DNA of 63,770 bases, filler included, from an uncultured bacterium (GTDB lineage: Bacteria > CAZDME01 > JAYEMH01): assembly GCA_964506785.1 (NCBI GenBank). It is 4 parts of 4 records of this genome, joined end to end, with 100 filler letters (N's around TTAATTAATTAA, not from the genome) between each part and the next. Parts side by side here need not be neighbours in the genome. Positions count along the whole stretch, not along the records: positions 1 to 18,719 come from CAZDME010000026.1; positions 18,820 to 37,077 come from CAZDME010000027.1; 2 more parts are not named here. One strand, given 5' to 3'. Each line of letters begins with the position of its first letter. The first letter of the stretch is position 1. The notes beneath the pieces are model-generated. The model was not told the DNA's origin, made no database searches, and saw nothing but the letters and a program-made list of their open reading frames with translations. This document shows positions 9,842 to 20,678 of the stretch, piece after piece. Both the position numbers and the translations under genes were made by a program.

Positions 9842-12202
9842 TTACTTTTTTACGAAAGCTTCTCGCAGCACCTCATCCATATGCTCAACTAAAACAAAGT
9901 TCATTTCCCGGCGGATTTCTTTAGGGATTTCTTCTAAATCTTTTTTATTTTCTTTAGGAAGAATAATTTTTTTAAGTGCTGAACGATGCGCCGCTAAAAC
10001 CTTGGACTTAATTCCTCCTACCGGAAGAACCTTCCCCCGCAGGGTAATCTCTCCGGTCATGGCTACTTTTTTAGAAACCTTTTTCTGGGTCAGGGCAGAG
10101 ATAAGGGCTACCGCCATAGTTATTCCGGCTGAAGGTCCGTCTTTGGCAATGGCTCCTTCGGGAATATGAATGTGAATATCAATAAAACGGTAAAAGTTCT
10201 CATCTAATCCCAACTGCTTGGCTTTAGAACGAGTATAACTTAAAGCCGCCTGAGCCGATTCGCGCATTACCTCGCCTAACTTCCCGGTCAGAGTTAAATT
10301 TCTCCTTCCCTTGAGAATAGAAACCTCGATATTCATTACCTCCCCTCCCACCTCGGTCCAGGCTAAACCTTGAGCCAGGCCGACTTCATCCTTTTCTGTT
10401 CCTTTCCCAAGGATAAAACGGGGAGGGCCGAGAAATTTCGATAAATTATGATTAGTCACCTTAATCTTCGCATTGTTCCCTTTGCTGACCAATTCCTTAG
10501 CCGTTTTTCGACAGAGACTGGATATTTCTCTTTCTAAATTTCTCACCCCGGCTTCCCGGGTATAGCGGCGGATAATGGCCAGAATAGCCTGGGATGAAAT
10601 AGTTAGATTATCTGACTTCAAACCATTGGCAGCCAATTGTTTAAGAACCAGAAAAAGTTCGGCAATCTTTAATTTTTCCCATTCCGTATAACCGGGTAAC
10701 TTAATAATTTCCATCCGGTCCTGAAGGGGGATAGGAATATTGGACTGCAGGTTAGCCGTGGTGATAAACATCGTCTCAGAAAGGTCGAAATCCACTTCCA
10801 AATAGTGGTCGCTAAAAGCGTGATTCTCTTCTGGGTCCAAAACTTCTAAGAGGGCTGCCGAAGGATCGCCGCGAAAATCCACGCTCATTTTATCAACTTC
10901 GTCAAGAAGAAAAACGGGATTTCTTGATTTTGCCTTTTTCATCGACTGAATAATTCTCCCCGGGAGAGAACCAATATAAGTGCGGCGGTGACCCCTGATT
11001 TCCGCTTCATCCCGGATGCCTCCTAAAGAAACGCGGACAAAATTCCTCCCCAAAGCCCGGGCAATGGATTTAGCCAAAGAGGTCTTGCCCACCCCGGGAG
11101 GACCCACAAAACAAAGAATCGGCCCCTTCATTTTTTTAACCAGCTTCCTGACGGCTAAATACTCCAGAATCCTTTCTTTGACTTTCTTAAGCCCATAGTG
11201 GTCCTCTTCTAAAATCTTTTCTACTTCGTCGATTTCAAGCTTATCCGTGGTCATCTTTGACCAGGGCAGATTTATCAGCCAATCCAGGTAATTTCTTACT
11301 ACCGCCCCTTCAGGGGAAGATGGTATCATCCTCTCAAGTTTCGCCAATTCCTGCCGAGCTTTTTCTTCTCCTTCTTTACTCATTTTTGCTGCAATAATTT
11401 TATTTTTTAGTTCCTGGAATTCGCTTTGTTCGTCTTTGCGGCCCAATTCGCTCTGAATAGCCTTCATCTGCTCCTGAAGGTAGTATTCTTTCTGGGTCTT
11501 TTCAATATGGTGGCGCACCTTTCCCTGAATTTTCTTCTCAATCTGAAGAATTTCTATTTCCGCATTTATAATCTGGTTGATTTTTTTAAGTCTAACAATG
11601 GGTTCGAATATTCCCAGGATATTTTGCTTGTCTTCCAGCTTAATTTGGAGATGACTGGAAATGGCATCGGCTAATTGCCCTGGATATTTAATATTACTTA
11701 CCGAGCTAAAAGTTTCCGGGACCAAACGCTGATTAAGTTTAACATATTTCTCGAATTGAGAAATGACAGAACGCATTAAGGCTACTGTTTCTAAATCGGC
11801 CTCTTTGGGTTCGTCCTTTAATAACTCGCTGACAATTTGAAAAAATTTCTTGTTTGGCAAAAACTCTTTAACCTTTAAACGGCAGATGCCTTCGACTAAA
11901 ATTTTAATTGACCCATCGGGCAGCCGTAGAAATTGCAGAATTTCCCCCAACGTTCCTGCTTGATAAATATCCTGAGAATTTGGCTCATCGACGCGAATTT
12001 CCTTCTGAGTAGCCAAGGCTAACAAATGGTCGCCAGCCATAGCCTGTTCTAAGGCTTCAATTGATTTGGGCCGGCCGACCAAAAGCGGTACCACCATATG
12101 GGGGAAAACCACAATATCCCTGACTGGCAGCAAAGGGAAAATAGTTTTTCCTTTAATTTTATTCCTGTTTCTTTCCAGTTTTGAGAGGATTTCCATCTCC
12201 AT
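9842..12202 (-). CDS. lon: ATP-dependent protease La
   Basis: [25 protein letters not shown] catalytic Ser. Confidence 0.99.
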   Translation of the reverse strand: MEMEILSKLERNRNKIKGKTIFPLLPVRDIVVFPHMVVPLLVGRPKSIEALEQAMAGDHLLALATQKEIRVDEPNSQDIYQAGTLGEILQFLRLPDGSIKILVEGICRLKVKEFLPNKKFFQIVSELLKDEPKEADLETVALMRSVISQFEKYVKLNQRLVPETFSSVSNIKYPGQLADAISSHLQIKLEDKQNILGIFEPIVRLKKINQIINAEIEILQIEKKIQGKVRHHIEKTQKEYYLQEQMKAIQSELGRKDEQSEFQELKNKIIAAKMSKEGEEKARQELAKLERMIPSSPEGAVVRNYLDWLINLPWSKMTTDKLEIDEVEKILEEDHYGLKKVKERILEYLAVRKLVKKMKGPILCFVGPPGVGKTSLAKSIARALGRNFVRVSLGGIRDEAEIRGHRRTYIGSLPGRIIQSMKKAKSRNPVFLLDEVDKMSVDFRGDPSAALLEVLDPEENHAFSDHYLEVDFDLSETMFITTANLQSNIPIPLQDRMEIIKLPGYTEWEKLKIAELFLVLKQLAANGLKSDNLTISSQAILAIIRRYTREAGVRNLEREISSLCRKTAKELVSKGNNAKIKVTNHNLSKFLGPPRFILGKGTEKDEVGLAQGLAWTEVGGEVMNIEVSILKGRRNLTLTGKLGEVMRESAQAALSYTRSKAKQLGLDENFYRFIDIHIHIPEGAIAKDGPSAGITMAVALISALTQKKVSKKVAMTGEITLRGKVLPVGGIKSKVLAAHRSALKKIILPKENKKDLEEIPKEIRREMNFVLVEHMDEVLREAFVKK

Positions 12203-12247
12203 ACCTTTTAATCTAACACTTATTCTCTGCTGCCCGGGCTCTCTTTT

Positions 12248-14746
12248 CTATTTTCCCGGTTTAACCACAAAATTAACTAATTTGCCTGGGACAATGATTG
12301 TTTTAATAATCTTTTTATCAGCCAGCCACTTTTTAACCCGTTCCTGCCGAAGGGCCTTCTCTTTTATCTCTTCTTCGCTCGGTTCAGCTTTAATAGCCAC
12401 TTTATCCCTTACCTTCCCGTTAATCTGCACGATTAAGGCAACCTCTTCCTCACGAATAAAGGAAGCTTCAAAACCTGGCCAGGATTCCTTAAAAACGCCC
12501 TCTTCCCCCCCTAAAATCTGCCACATTTCCTCGGCAATATGAGGCGCAAAAGGGGAAAGAAGCAAAACAATTTTTTTTAAGCATTCGGAAACTATCGGCC
12601 TTTCAGGCAGAACCTCTTCTTTCTCAGCATTTTTGAAAGATAGGCTAAAAATCGAATTTACCAGCTCCATAACGGCGCTGATAGCCGTATTAAAATGAAA
12701 TCTTTCGATATCCTCGCCCACCTTTTTAATTGTCTGGTGAAGCTTTTTTTCAAGGGATTTTTCCAGGTTAGACAGATCCTTGAGTTTTTCTTCAGGCACA
12801 TTTTTACTCTGGGTAAAATTAATTAAACGCCAAACCCGGTTTAAAAAGCGAAAAGAGCCTTTTACTCCCTGGTCACTCCAGTCCAAATCCTGTTCCGGAG
12901 GGGCGGCAAAAAGAATAAAAAGCCGGGCGGTATCGGCTCCGAATCTTTCGATAATATCATTGGGGTCAACCACATTGCCTTTTGATTTAGACATCTTTGC
13001 CCCATCTTTAATAACCATCCCCTGGGTGAGTAATTTGGAAAAAGGCTCGCGGATTTTAACCAAACCTGAATCAGAAAGAAACTTATGAATAAAACGGGCG
13101 TATAGAAGATGCATGATGGCGTGTTCCACTCCGCCGATATACTGATTAACCGGCATCCAATAATTAGCCTCGTCCGGAGAAAAAAGAGAGCTTTTATCCT
13201 TGGCATCGGTAAATCTCAAAAAATACCAGGAGGAATCAACAAAGGTATCCATGGTATCGATTTCCCGGTGCGCCTTCTTTCCGCATTTAGGACAAGGGAT
13301 AAAATAAAATTTACTGTCGTCGGCTAAAGGTGATACCCCATTTTTATATTTAAAGTCTATTTTCTTGGGTAAGGTAACCGGTAAGTCTCTCTCCGGCACC
13401 GGCACTGCACCGCAGTCTTCACAATAAATTATGGGAATGGGCGTCCCCCAATAACGCTGCCGGGAAATCCCCCAGTCTTTGAGGCGATAATTTATTTTTA
13501 TCTTGCCAATCTTTTCTTCTTCCATCCAGAGAGCAACTTTATCCTTGGCTTCGGCGCTCAATAATCCGGAGAAACTCCTTGAATTAACCAGCTTTCCTTC
13601 GTCTTCATAGGCCTCTGGCATAGTCTCCGCCTTCAAGCTGCTATTTTGATTCTGAATAACCAGCCGCATCGGCAGTTTATATTTTTTGGCGAATTCGAAA
13701 TCCCGCTGGTCGTGAGTGGGCACAGCCATCACTGCCCCGGTTCCATATTCCATCAAAACATAATCAGCAATCCAGATAGGAATTTTTTCCTGATTTACCG
13801 GATTAATGGCGTAGCTTCCGGTAAAAATGCCTTCTTTCCCCAATTCGTTTTTTTCCGTCCTCACCCGTCTTTCTCTTTTAAGGCGATTGATAAACTCCCT
13901 GGCTTTTTTTTCGATATTCCTACCGGCAATCAATTTCAAGGATAAAGGGTGTTCCGCTGATAAAACCAGATAAGTCGCCCCGAAAATAGTATCTTGGCGG
14001 GTAGTAAAAACCGGGATAACCTCACTTTCTTTAAAAATTTTAAAATATATTTCTACGCCGAGGCTGCGGCCAATCCAGTTTTTCTGCATTAATTTCACTT
14101 TATCCGGCCAGCCGCTTAACTCTTCCAAACCGTTAAGTAAATCTTCCGCATAAGCCGAAATTTTGAAAAACCATTGTTTGATTTCTTTTAATTCTACCTT
14201 GGCTCCGCAGCGCCAGCAATTGCCTCCTTCTACCTGCTCGTTGGCTAAAACCGTGGTGCATCTGGGACACCAATTAACTGAAGCCATCTTTTGATAAGCC
14301 AGCCCCTTTTCATAAAGCTTCAAAAAAATCCACTGATTCCACCTGTAATAATCGGGGTCAGCCGTGCTTATTTCCCGGCTCCAATCATAGGCAAATCCCA
14401 TTCTTTTTAACTGTTCCCTCATGTACGATATATTATTTTCGGTCCACTTAGCTGGGTGTATCTTTTCCTTTAGCGCCGCATTTTCTGCCGGCAGGCCAAA
14501 AGCATCCCAGCCCATAGGATGGAGCAGATTAAATTGCTTCATAATCTTATAGCGGGCGACTACATCGCCTATGCTGTAATTTCTTACATGGCCCATATGG
14601 ATTCTTCCTGAAGGGTAAGGAAACATCTCTAAGAGATAATATTTCTCCTTCCCCCGTTCTCCCTTTTTGTTTTGAAATAAAGACTGCCCGTGCCATCTCT
14701 TCTGCCATTTATTTTCAATTCTTTTAAAGGGATAGGTATTTTCCAT
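12248..14746 (-). CDS. leuS: Leucine-tRNA ligase
   Basis: MFPYPSGRIHMGH, YGTGAVMAVP, KMSKS; start placed at MENTY. Confidence 0.99.
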   Translation of the reverse strand: MENTYPFKRIENKWQKRWHGQSLFQNKKGERGKEKYYLLEMFPYPSGRIHMGHVRNYSIGDVVARYKIMKQFNLLHPMGWDAFGLPAENAALKEKIHPAKWTENNISYMREQLKRMGFAYDWSREISTADPDYYRWNQWIFLKLYEKGLAYQKMASVNWCPRCTTVLANEQVEGGNCWRCGAKVELKEIKQWFFKISAYAEDLLNGLEELSGWPDKVKLMQKNWIGRSLGVEIYFKIFKESEVIPVFTTRQDTIFGATYLVLSAEHPLSLKLIAGRNIEKKAREFINRLKRERRVRTEKNELGKEGIFTGSYAINPVNQEKIPIWIADYVLMEYGTGAVMAVPTHDQRDFEFAKKYKLPMRLVIQNQNSSLKAETMPEAYEDEGKLVNSRSFSGLLSAEAKDKVALWMEEEKIGKIKINYRLKDWGISRQRYWGTPIPIIYCEDCGAVPVPERDLPVTLPKKIDFKYKNGVSPLADDSKFYFIPCPKCGKKAHREIDTMDTFVDSSWYFLRFTDAKDKSSLFSPDEANYWMPVNQYIGGVEHAIMHLLYARFIHKFLSDSGLVKIREPFSKLLTQGMVIKDGAKMSKSKGNVVDPNDIIERFGADTARLFILFAAPPEQDLDWSDQGVKGSFRFLNRVWRLINFTQSKNVPEEKLKDLSNLEKSLEKKLHQTIKKVGEDIERFHFNTAISAVMELVNSIFSLSFKNAEKEEVLPERPIVSECLKKIVLLLSPFAPHIAEEMWQILGGEEGVFKESWPGFEASFIREEEVALIVQINGKVRDKVAIKAEPSEEEIKEKALRQERVKKWLADKKIIKTIIVPGKLVNFVVKPGK

Positions 14747-14882
14747 AAGAAATTGATTTATCCTGGGGAAAGTATATTTTTCCGGCAGAAGCACCTATTC
14801 GCCAATAGGGCAAACTTCTAAGCCTTTGACAGACAAACCTATCTGAGGCAAACGGGCGTCTTCACAGCAGGAACGAGGCCGT

Positions 14883-14911
14883 ATTATAACCTAGATAGGA
14901 TATTATTACAA
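14883..14911 (-). promoter_or_regulatory. Putative sigma70 promoter for leuS-lon
   Basis: TTGTAA-17 bp-TATAAT on the minus strand. Confidence 0.55.
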
Positions 14912-14934
14912 GGGAAAAGTGGTAATGGGGAATT

Positions 14935-16104
14935 CTACTGCTTCTTCCCTAAAAACAGATTGCCGAATGTATCGCCTACTTGTTTCCCCAGGCCGCCGGT
15001 GGCTTTCCGGGCACCTTCTAAAAGAACCCCGCTTAAATCCAACCCGGGCAAACGATTGAAAAACTCACGCATCATTGCCTCGGAAATATCGGTAGAAAGC
15101 ACATAGGTCGGCTTTTCAAGGGTGCCGCCGATTCGAAGCATCAATTCTAACTGGCCGGTTTCTCCTGTTAACGATTCGCCAATTCTAATAATAGAAGCCC
15201 CTTTTTTATCCTTAGCCTTCAGGGCATAATTTTTTATCACTAATTTGGAAGCACCCAGCAGATTGTTCTTATCACACTTAAGGCTGGCATAGATACTGGC
15301 CAAGCCGCTTTCTACGTCTAAAAAATGAAGGGTGGAGGCATAATAAGGAGCGAAATGCACCAAATCGATATCCTTAACGATTAACTGCAATGTCCCGCTG
15401 ATTTTTTTCTCTAAAAGATAATTTATTTTCCCTTGGATTTCAAAATCAGCGGCCGGCTCACCTTCTAATTTTCCCTTGATGACAAAAAGGGTTTCCATTC
15501 CTTTGGCCCAGAGCCAATGAGTAAAATTTTCCACCCCGATATCAACCTCTTTGGCTACGGTAATATGCGGTTTGCCTTTTTCATAATCATATAGATTGAC
15601 CTTAGCCTTCTTTATTAACAGCTTTTTGATATAGACTCCTTTATGGGCCGCTTTCACCAGCTTTTCGTCAGCTGAGTCAATCGGTGTATCGTTTTTGTGT
15701 TTCTGCGGGGAAAAGACCAATAGGTTTACTTTATCTTTCGTTAAGTAATCAATATTTATCTCCGGCTCAATAATAACTAAGCGGCGGAGGATAATTAGTT
15801 TCTTTTTCCAAAAAGGGATAAAACTCCCTTCGACAATCACCTTATCGGCCTTAAAAAGGTAATCGCTGGGAAATCCGGAAAGATTATCAACAGTCACTTC
15901 TCTGATTACCGCCCGGGCAAAAGCAAAATTAACATCTAATTTTTTAATTTCGACTGGCCTTTCGAAAACACTGCTTAATCTTTTCTCCAATTTCGGCAGA
16001 AACAGCCGGCTGCTTAAAAAATTGGCCAGGCCTATTAGAAAAAAAATAATGACGATGGCGATAAAAACCCCGGTTAACAACGCTTTTCTTTTTATTTTAG
16101 GCAT
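14935..16104 (-). CDS. AsmA/DUF748-like membrane-anchored protein
   Basis: N-terminal TM helix, beta-rich body, C-terminal IGGTLEKP motif. Confidence 0.7.
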   Translation of the reverse strand: MPKIKRKALLTGVFIAIVIIFFLIGLANFLSSRLFLPKLEKRLSSVFERPVEIKKLDVNFAFARAVIREVTVDNLSGFPSDYLFKADKVIVEGSFIPFWKKKLIILRRLVIIEPEINIDYLTKDKVNLLVFSPQKHKNDTPIDSADEKLVKAAHKGVYIKKLLIKKAKVNLYDYEKGKPHITVAKEVDIGVENFTHWLWAKGMETLFVIKGKLEGEPAADFEIQGKINYLLEKKISGTLQLIVKDIDLVHFAPYYASTLHFLDVESGLASIYASLKCDKNNLLGASKLVIKNYALKAKDKKGASIIRIGESLTGETGQLELMLRIGGTLEKPTYVLSTDISEAMMREFFNRLPGLDLSGVLLEGARKATGGLGKQVGDTFGNLFLGKKQ

Positions 16105-16132
16105 TGACAATCCCGACTCTAAATGATATAGT
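16104..16132 (+). promoter_or_regulatory. Sigma70 promoter for tRNA-Ala
   Basis: TTGACA-17 bp-TATAGT with TG extension. Confidence 0.7.
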
Positions 16133-16153
16133 ACTTCGTCTTTTAAGTAATCC

Positions 16154-16229
16154 GGGGCAGTAGCTCAGTTGGGAGAGCGTCGGTTCGGCATACCGGAGGT
16201 CACGGGTTCGACCCCCGTCTGCTCCACCA
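16154..16229 (+). tRNA. tRNA-Ala(GGC)
   Basis: 76-nt cloverleaf, G3:U70, anticodon loop TCGGCAT, encoded CCA. Confidence 0.95.
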
Positions 16230-16589
16230 GGAAGACAATCCTTCAATCTTGCCTCCTTTTACCCTTTTCATTGCTTCTCTGGATTCTTTAATGCCGGCAT
16301 TTATTTCTTTAATTTTGTCCATATATCCGTTTACCGCCGCCAGATCAATCAATTCAAAAGAACCGTCCTTTTTCAATTCATAAATTTGTTCACCCATCTC
16401 TTGGAAACAGATTAGGCGCAATTTCTCAAGATGCTTTATTTTCCCTTTTAATCGCTTAAGGGTAACACGGATATAAATCTTCTCAACTATTCCTTTCAAG
16501 AAATTAATAAATCTATTCAAAACATTCTTGAGGGCCCCCAACACCCTGCCTGCCTTAGCCCTCAATCTATTCTGGCTTCTCAATCTCAT
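16200..16589 (-). CDS. Hypothetical basic helical protein whose 3' end runs antisense into tRNA-Ala
   Basis: 129-aa ORF with GAGG upstream; tail WWSRRGSNP is the tRNA reverse complement. Confidence 0.55.
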   Translation of the reverse strand: MRLRSQNRLRAKAGRVLGALKNVLNRFINFLKGIVEKIYIRVTLKRLKGKIKHLEKLRLICFQEMGEQIYELKKDGSFELIDLAAVNGYMDKIKEINAGIKESREAMKRVKGGKIEGLSSWWSRRGSNP

Positions 16590-16714
16590 TCTATTCTAAC
16601 CTCAAAATTACAAAACAACTCAGACTTTTCGTTATACATAACACATTAGACATAAAACAACTTTTGCCAGTTGTTATTCGCATCTGATTCAATGTGGCGC
16701 CGCCGGGTTCCTTC

Positions 16715-16743
16715 TTGACAACAACCATTTTTTTAGTTACTAT
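16715..16743 (+). promoter_or_regulatory. Sigma70 promoter for tRNA-Leu
   Basis: TTGACA-17 bp-TACTAT. Confidence 0.7.
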
Positions 16744-16759
16744 TATATCTGTCTTTTGT

Positions 16760-16845
16760 GCCAGAGTGGCGGAATGGCTTACGCGGCGGTCTCAAAAACC
16801 GTTGACCGAAAGGTCGTGTGGGTTCGACTCCCACCTCTGGCACCA
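16760..16845 (+). tRNA. tRNA-Leu(CAA)
   Basis: GCCAGAG/CTCTGGC acceptor stem, loop CTCAAAA, long variable arm, CCA. Confidence 0.97.
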
Positions 16846-16985
16846 CTTAAATACAGGCAAATAAACCGCTCCTGCCTATTGCTCAGTTTTCTCTTCCAAG
16901 TATAACAAAATTAATTGTTTTATACAATAAAAAATGGCTCCTAACCAGGGGCCACATTTAAGTCATAAACTTTGAACCTTAATTT

Positions 16986-17621
16986 TTACTCGTACCTGAT
17001 ATCATCCAGATAAAAAGTAAAACCCTCGGGATTATCTTCCAGTTTAGCCACCCAGCAGAACCCGCCGGAAATATAGGTCAAATCTTTCCGCATCAAATCG
17101 ATGCTATACTTCTTCCATTCCTTAGTTAAGACTACCGGGCTAACTTGAGCTACATCGGAGTCGGGATAATGGCCGATAATGCCGCCGATTCGGAATTTTT
17201 CGATTATTTCTCCCCCCTTTTCTCCGCGGGCCCAAAAGGTAAGTCTCCGAGCCCCGGTTAAATCTAAACTGCCTTCTTTGAATCCCCAGTTATTAGGCGG
17301 ATTCTGCCAGTACACTCCCGCCCATTTAAGAGTCCCCTTTGCTGGCAGATAAACAATCCGGATACAGGTTAAACCCGAATGACAGTTAATTTTCCAGTTC
17401 TCATCGAAGGTTATAGAATCAACGTCTCCCATCCACCCTGAAGGGCAAAAGAAATTTTTATCTGACTCTTTGTCAAAATATACATAAAATGGCTGAGGGA
17501 GAATATCAGTTTCTGCCTTAAGGATAGGCGAAAAAATTAAAAGCGGCAAAAATATCAGGGCAAAATGATAAACTTTAATTAATTTCAAAGGGATTAAAAT
17601 TTTTCTTGGCAAATATCGCAT
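16986..17621 (-). CDS. Secreted carbohydrate-binding (CBM11-like, galactose-binding fold) protein
   Basis: Signal-like N-terminus; PSGWMGD, WAGVYW..P.NNWG, LTFWARG, FYLDDIRYE. Start uncertain. Confidence 0.6.
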   Translation of the reverse strand: MRYLPRKILIPLKLIKVYHFALIFLPLLIFSPILKAETDILPQPFYVYFDKESDKNFFCPSGWMGDVDSITFDENWKINCHSGLTCIRIVYLPAKGTLKWAGVYWQNPPNNWGFKEGSLDLTGARRLTFWARGEKGGEIIEKFRIGGIIGHYPDSDVAQVSPVVLTKEWKKYSIDLMRKDLTYISGGFCWVAKLEDNPEGFTFYLDDIRYE

Positions 17622-18719
17622 AAACTGTCCCGGCAATACATCCGGTTCTACTCCCCTTTGGTGTACGCCAGCCATGTCCGGTATCTACATTCTGATGAGT
17701 GGCGTAAGGCAGGCAAATCGCCTCTTGGCCGGTTTTTGAAGCACTGCTAATAATTAATTTATCCAGCTCTGCCAAAAAGAAATTTGCTTTGTCTTTATAA
17801 AGTTTAGCTTTTCTCAAATTGTTTTCTTGGCGATAAAAATCGCTCATAATCTCATATGCCACTATCATTTGAGCTGTTAATTCCGAAGAAACCACTCCTC
17901 CCCGTCCAAGATTACGAGCCTTGGCAAAATCAAAACCGGTAATTTTACTTTCCGGGCCCAAATCAGAAGAATAGCTGACTGTTACTTGGCAATGCTCCTC
18001 GGCAAATTTCAAAATATCGTCAGGATTCATTTTTTCCTTTTTAAGAGACCCCGGCCCAAGAGTGGCAATTGCCCAGGCGAAGGTATCCGTAGCGATAGTC
18101 GCATCTCCCCGGCCTCTTTTCAATCTTCTTTCTGCTTTTATATAAACATTCTTTTTTACCCAGGCTAAAAGCCTCCCTGAAGCTTGAAGATATCTTTCAT
18201 CCTTGGTTATTTTATAAAGATTATTAAAAAAGGCATAAGCATCTAAATTGTGCTCGGTGCTAAACCAGTTGACTTTCATGCCGCCTCTCAAACCTCCTTC
18301 AGAATCCTCTTCCTGAATAGTCATCACCCAATTGGCAATCTCTTCGACAAAAGGCAGATATTCTTTATCGCCGGTTTCGTCTATATATTGTAAAACAGCC
18401 AACCCCAGCCAAATATTAGGCCCGGTATGAGCAATAGATTCGACTATATGTCCGGTGGTAGCATCGTAAGCATTGGCAAATGCGCCGTTTATCTTTTTAG
18501 CCCTTCCCCGATAGAAATCAAAAATTTTCTGGGCTGATTTAAAATCATGAAATAACGAAAAACATTGGGCAGCTAAAGCCTGGTCGTAAGTAAATGCCCA
18601 GTCTTCTAGAAAGGGATCTCCTTCATAACTAAGAACCAAACCGGTGCGTTTATTTTGTCTCATTTTCAGCCAATTATACATTTTCTTTACATTTTTTTCC
18701 TCTAACCCTATTTTTTCTT
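17575..18719 (-). CDS. Six-hairpin glycosidase-like protein (5' truncated by contig end)
   Basis: AFTYDQALA, GPNIWLG, STEHNLDAYA, GFDF; frame open to the gap; adjacent to the CBM gene. Confidence 0.5.
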
Positions 18720-18819
18720 NNNNNNNNNNNNNNNNNNNNNNNNNNNNNNNNNNNNNNNNNNNNTTAATTAATTAANNNNNNNNNNNNNNNNNNNNNNNNN
18801 NNNNNNNNNNNNNNNNNNN
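18720..18819. other. Artificial contig linker
   Basis: N run with central TTAATTAATTAA (stops in all six frames). Confidence 0.99.
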
Positions 18820-19195
18820 GCCTGAGTGATTTCCTGGTTAAATCAGGAATAATTACTAACCGGCTTCCCGCACTGACCATAACCCTAATCGGGCGGCCGC
18901 TTTTGACTTTCACCCCGGGCAAAGGATTTTGGTTAATAATATAGCCTTCAGGAACATCTCTGTTAAACTGCTTATCGATAAGTTTAAGATTTAAGTCGGC
19001 TTTATTGGACTTCTCCAAGGCATTAATCAGCCTCAGCCCGATTAAATTAGGCACGACTATTTCTCGCCCATTAACCAGAAGTCTAAAAGTAATTAAAGAG
19101 CTTGCCCCGACAAAAAAACCAAAAAAACACAATAAAATAATTACGTTTAGTGAACTCTTGATAAACTCTTTAGTCATTAGTATCCCCGCTAACAA
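18820..19195 (-). CDS. PASTA-domain membrane protein (3' truncated)
   Basis: TM helix then VPNLIG...PEGYIINQNPLPG. Confidence 0.85.
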
Positions 19196-19311
19196 AAATA
19201 CCTGAAAAAGCTTTGGCCTTTGATAGTTAGTCTTTATCGCTTTACGCTATACGGTAATTTTCTTTTCCTATACGCTACCTTCTTTTACTATCCCCTATAA
19301 ATTTCCACCGT

Positions 19312-20676
19312 TCACTTCTTTACCAGTTTAACCATAAAAGCCTTATCCATAGAAAATAAAGGATACATCCCCGGACCAAGATCTGTAATATGGGAGTCAA
19401 GGCGGATGAACCCCTCATCCCCTTGAAATTCTTTTAAAAAAGAGGGACAAGTCTTATCTATGCTGAAATATCTATTCCCTTCTAAAAATTCCCCGATTAC
19501 CTCTTCATTTTCCTCCGGGGTAATAGTACAGGTTGCATAAACCAACCGCCCGCCCTTTTTTAAAAGGGAAGCGCTTCTTTTTAAAAGCTTTAATTGCTGT
19601 TTCTTCAACTCTTTAATTTTTTGCGGCGTAATTCTCCACTTAGCTTCCACCCGGCGCCTTAAAACACCAAGGTTAGAACAGGGGGCATCTAATAATACCG
19701 CTTCGGGTTTTCTTTTTAAATCCTTAAGGTCTTCTCCCCGCAAGAGTAATGTTTTAATACAATTTAACCCCAACCGCTGGCAGTTCTCTTCTACCCTGGC
19801 TAATTTTTCTCTTTTTATATCCAGGGCTAAAATTTCCCCCTGATCTTCCATTAAACCGGCCAGATGAGTGGTTTTCCCTCCCGGGGCGCTACAAAGGTCA
19901 ATTATAAACTCGCCTTTCCTGGGCGATAACAAATGACTGACCAGCATGGCGCTTTCATCCTGCGCCTGAAAAAAACCTGAATTAAATGACTGCTGGCGAA
20001 AAATATTACCGCCGCCTAAAACAATCAATCCCTCCGGAGCATACTTAGTCAACTCAAGCCTAAACCCGGCTTTTTCAAGTTTATTCTTAAGCTCACCCCG
20101 GGCGATTTTTAAGGTATTCGCCCTGATAGTTAAAGGCGGCAACTGATTGTTGAATTGGCATAATAATCTTGTTTTTTCTATGCCGAAACGTTTAATCCAC
20201 CTTTTAAGGAGCCACTCCGGATGAGAAAATCTCACTGAAAAATTTAAAGCCAAATCTCTCGATTCATCCGGAAAAACTATTTTATCTGCGTACCTTAAAT
20301 AATTCCTTAAAACCGCATTGGTAAAATCAGCGGCTTTCTTTCCTCCGGATAACCTGGCTAAATTAACACTTTCCGAAACCAGGGCATAATCAGGAATCCT
20401 GGAAAGGAATCTTTTCTGATAAATCCCCAGCCGTAAAATATTTAAGAGCCGCCGGTCTAAATTTTCTAATCTATATTTACTTAAGCTGCCAAGTATCCAA
20501 TCAAGCAACCCCTTCTGGCGAATAACCCCCAGAACCAATTCGTTTAAAAGACCTCTGTCTTTCTGCGGCCAATCTTTTTGCTTAAAATTTCTATCAATTA
20601 AATCCTGGGCAAAACTTCCTTTCTCTACCTCAATTAAGATTCTTAAAGCCTCTTCCCTGACCGATATTTTTCTCAC
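19312..20676 (-). CDS. rsmB: 16S rRNA m5C967 methyltransferase
   Basis: NusB-like N-terminus, DLCSAPGGKT, DAPCS, YATCT. Confidence 0.95.
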   Translation of the reverse strand: MRKISVREEALRILIEVEKGSFAQDLIDRNFKQKDWPQKDRGLLNELVLGVIRQKGLLDWILGSLSKYRLENLDRRLLNILRLGIYQKRFLSRIPDYALVSESVNLARLSGGKKAADFTNAVLRNYLRYADKIVFPDESRDLALNFSVRFSHPEWLLKRWIKRFGIEKTRLLCQFNNQLPPLTIRANTLKIARGELKNKLEKAGFRLELTKYAPEGLIVLGGGNIFRQQSFNSGFFQAQDESAMLVSHLLSPRKGEFIIDLCSAPGGKTTHLAGLMEDQGEILALDIKREKLARVEENCQRLGLNCIKTLLLRGEDLKDLKRKPEAVLLDAPCSNLGVLRRRVEAKWRITPQKIKELKKQQLKLLKRSASLLKKGGRLVYATCTITPEENEEVIGEFLEGNRYFSIDKTCPSFLKEFQGDEGFIRLDSHITDLGPGMYPLFSMDKAFMVKLVKK

Positions 20677-20678
20677 TT

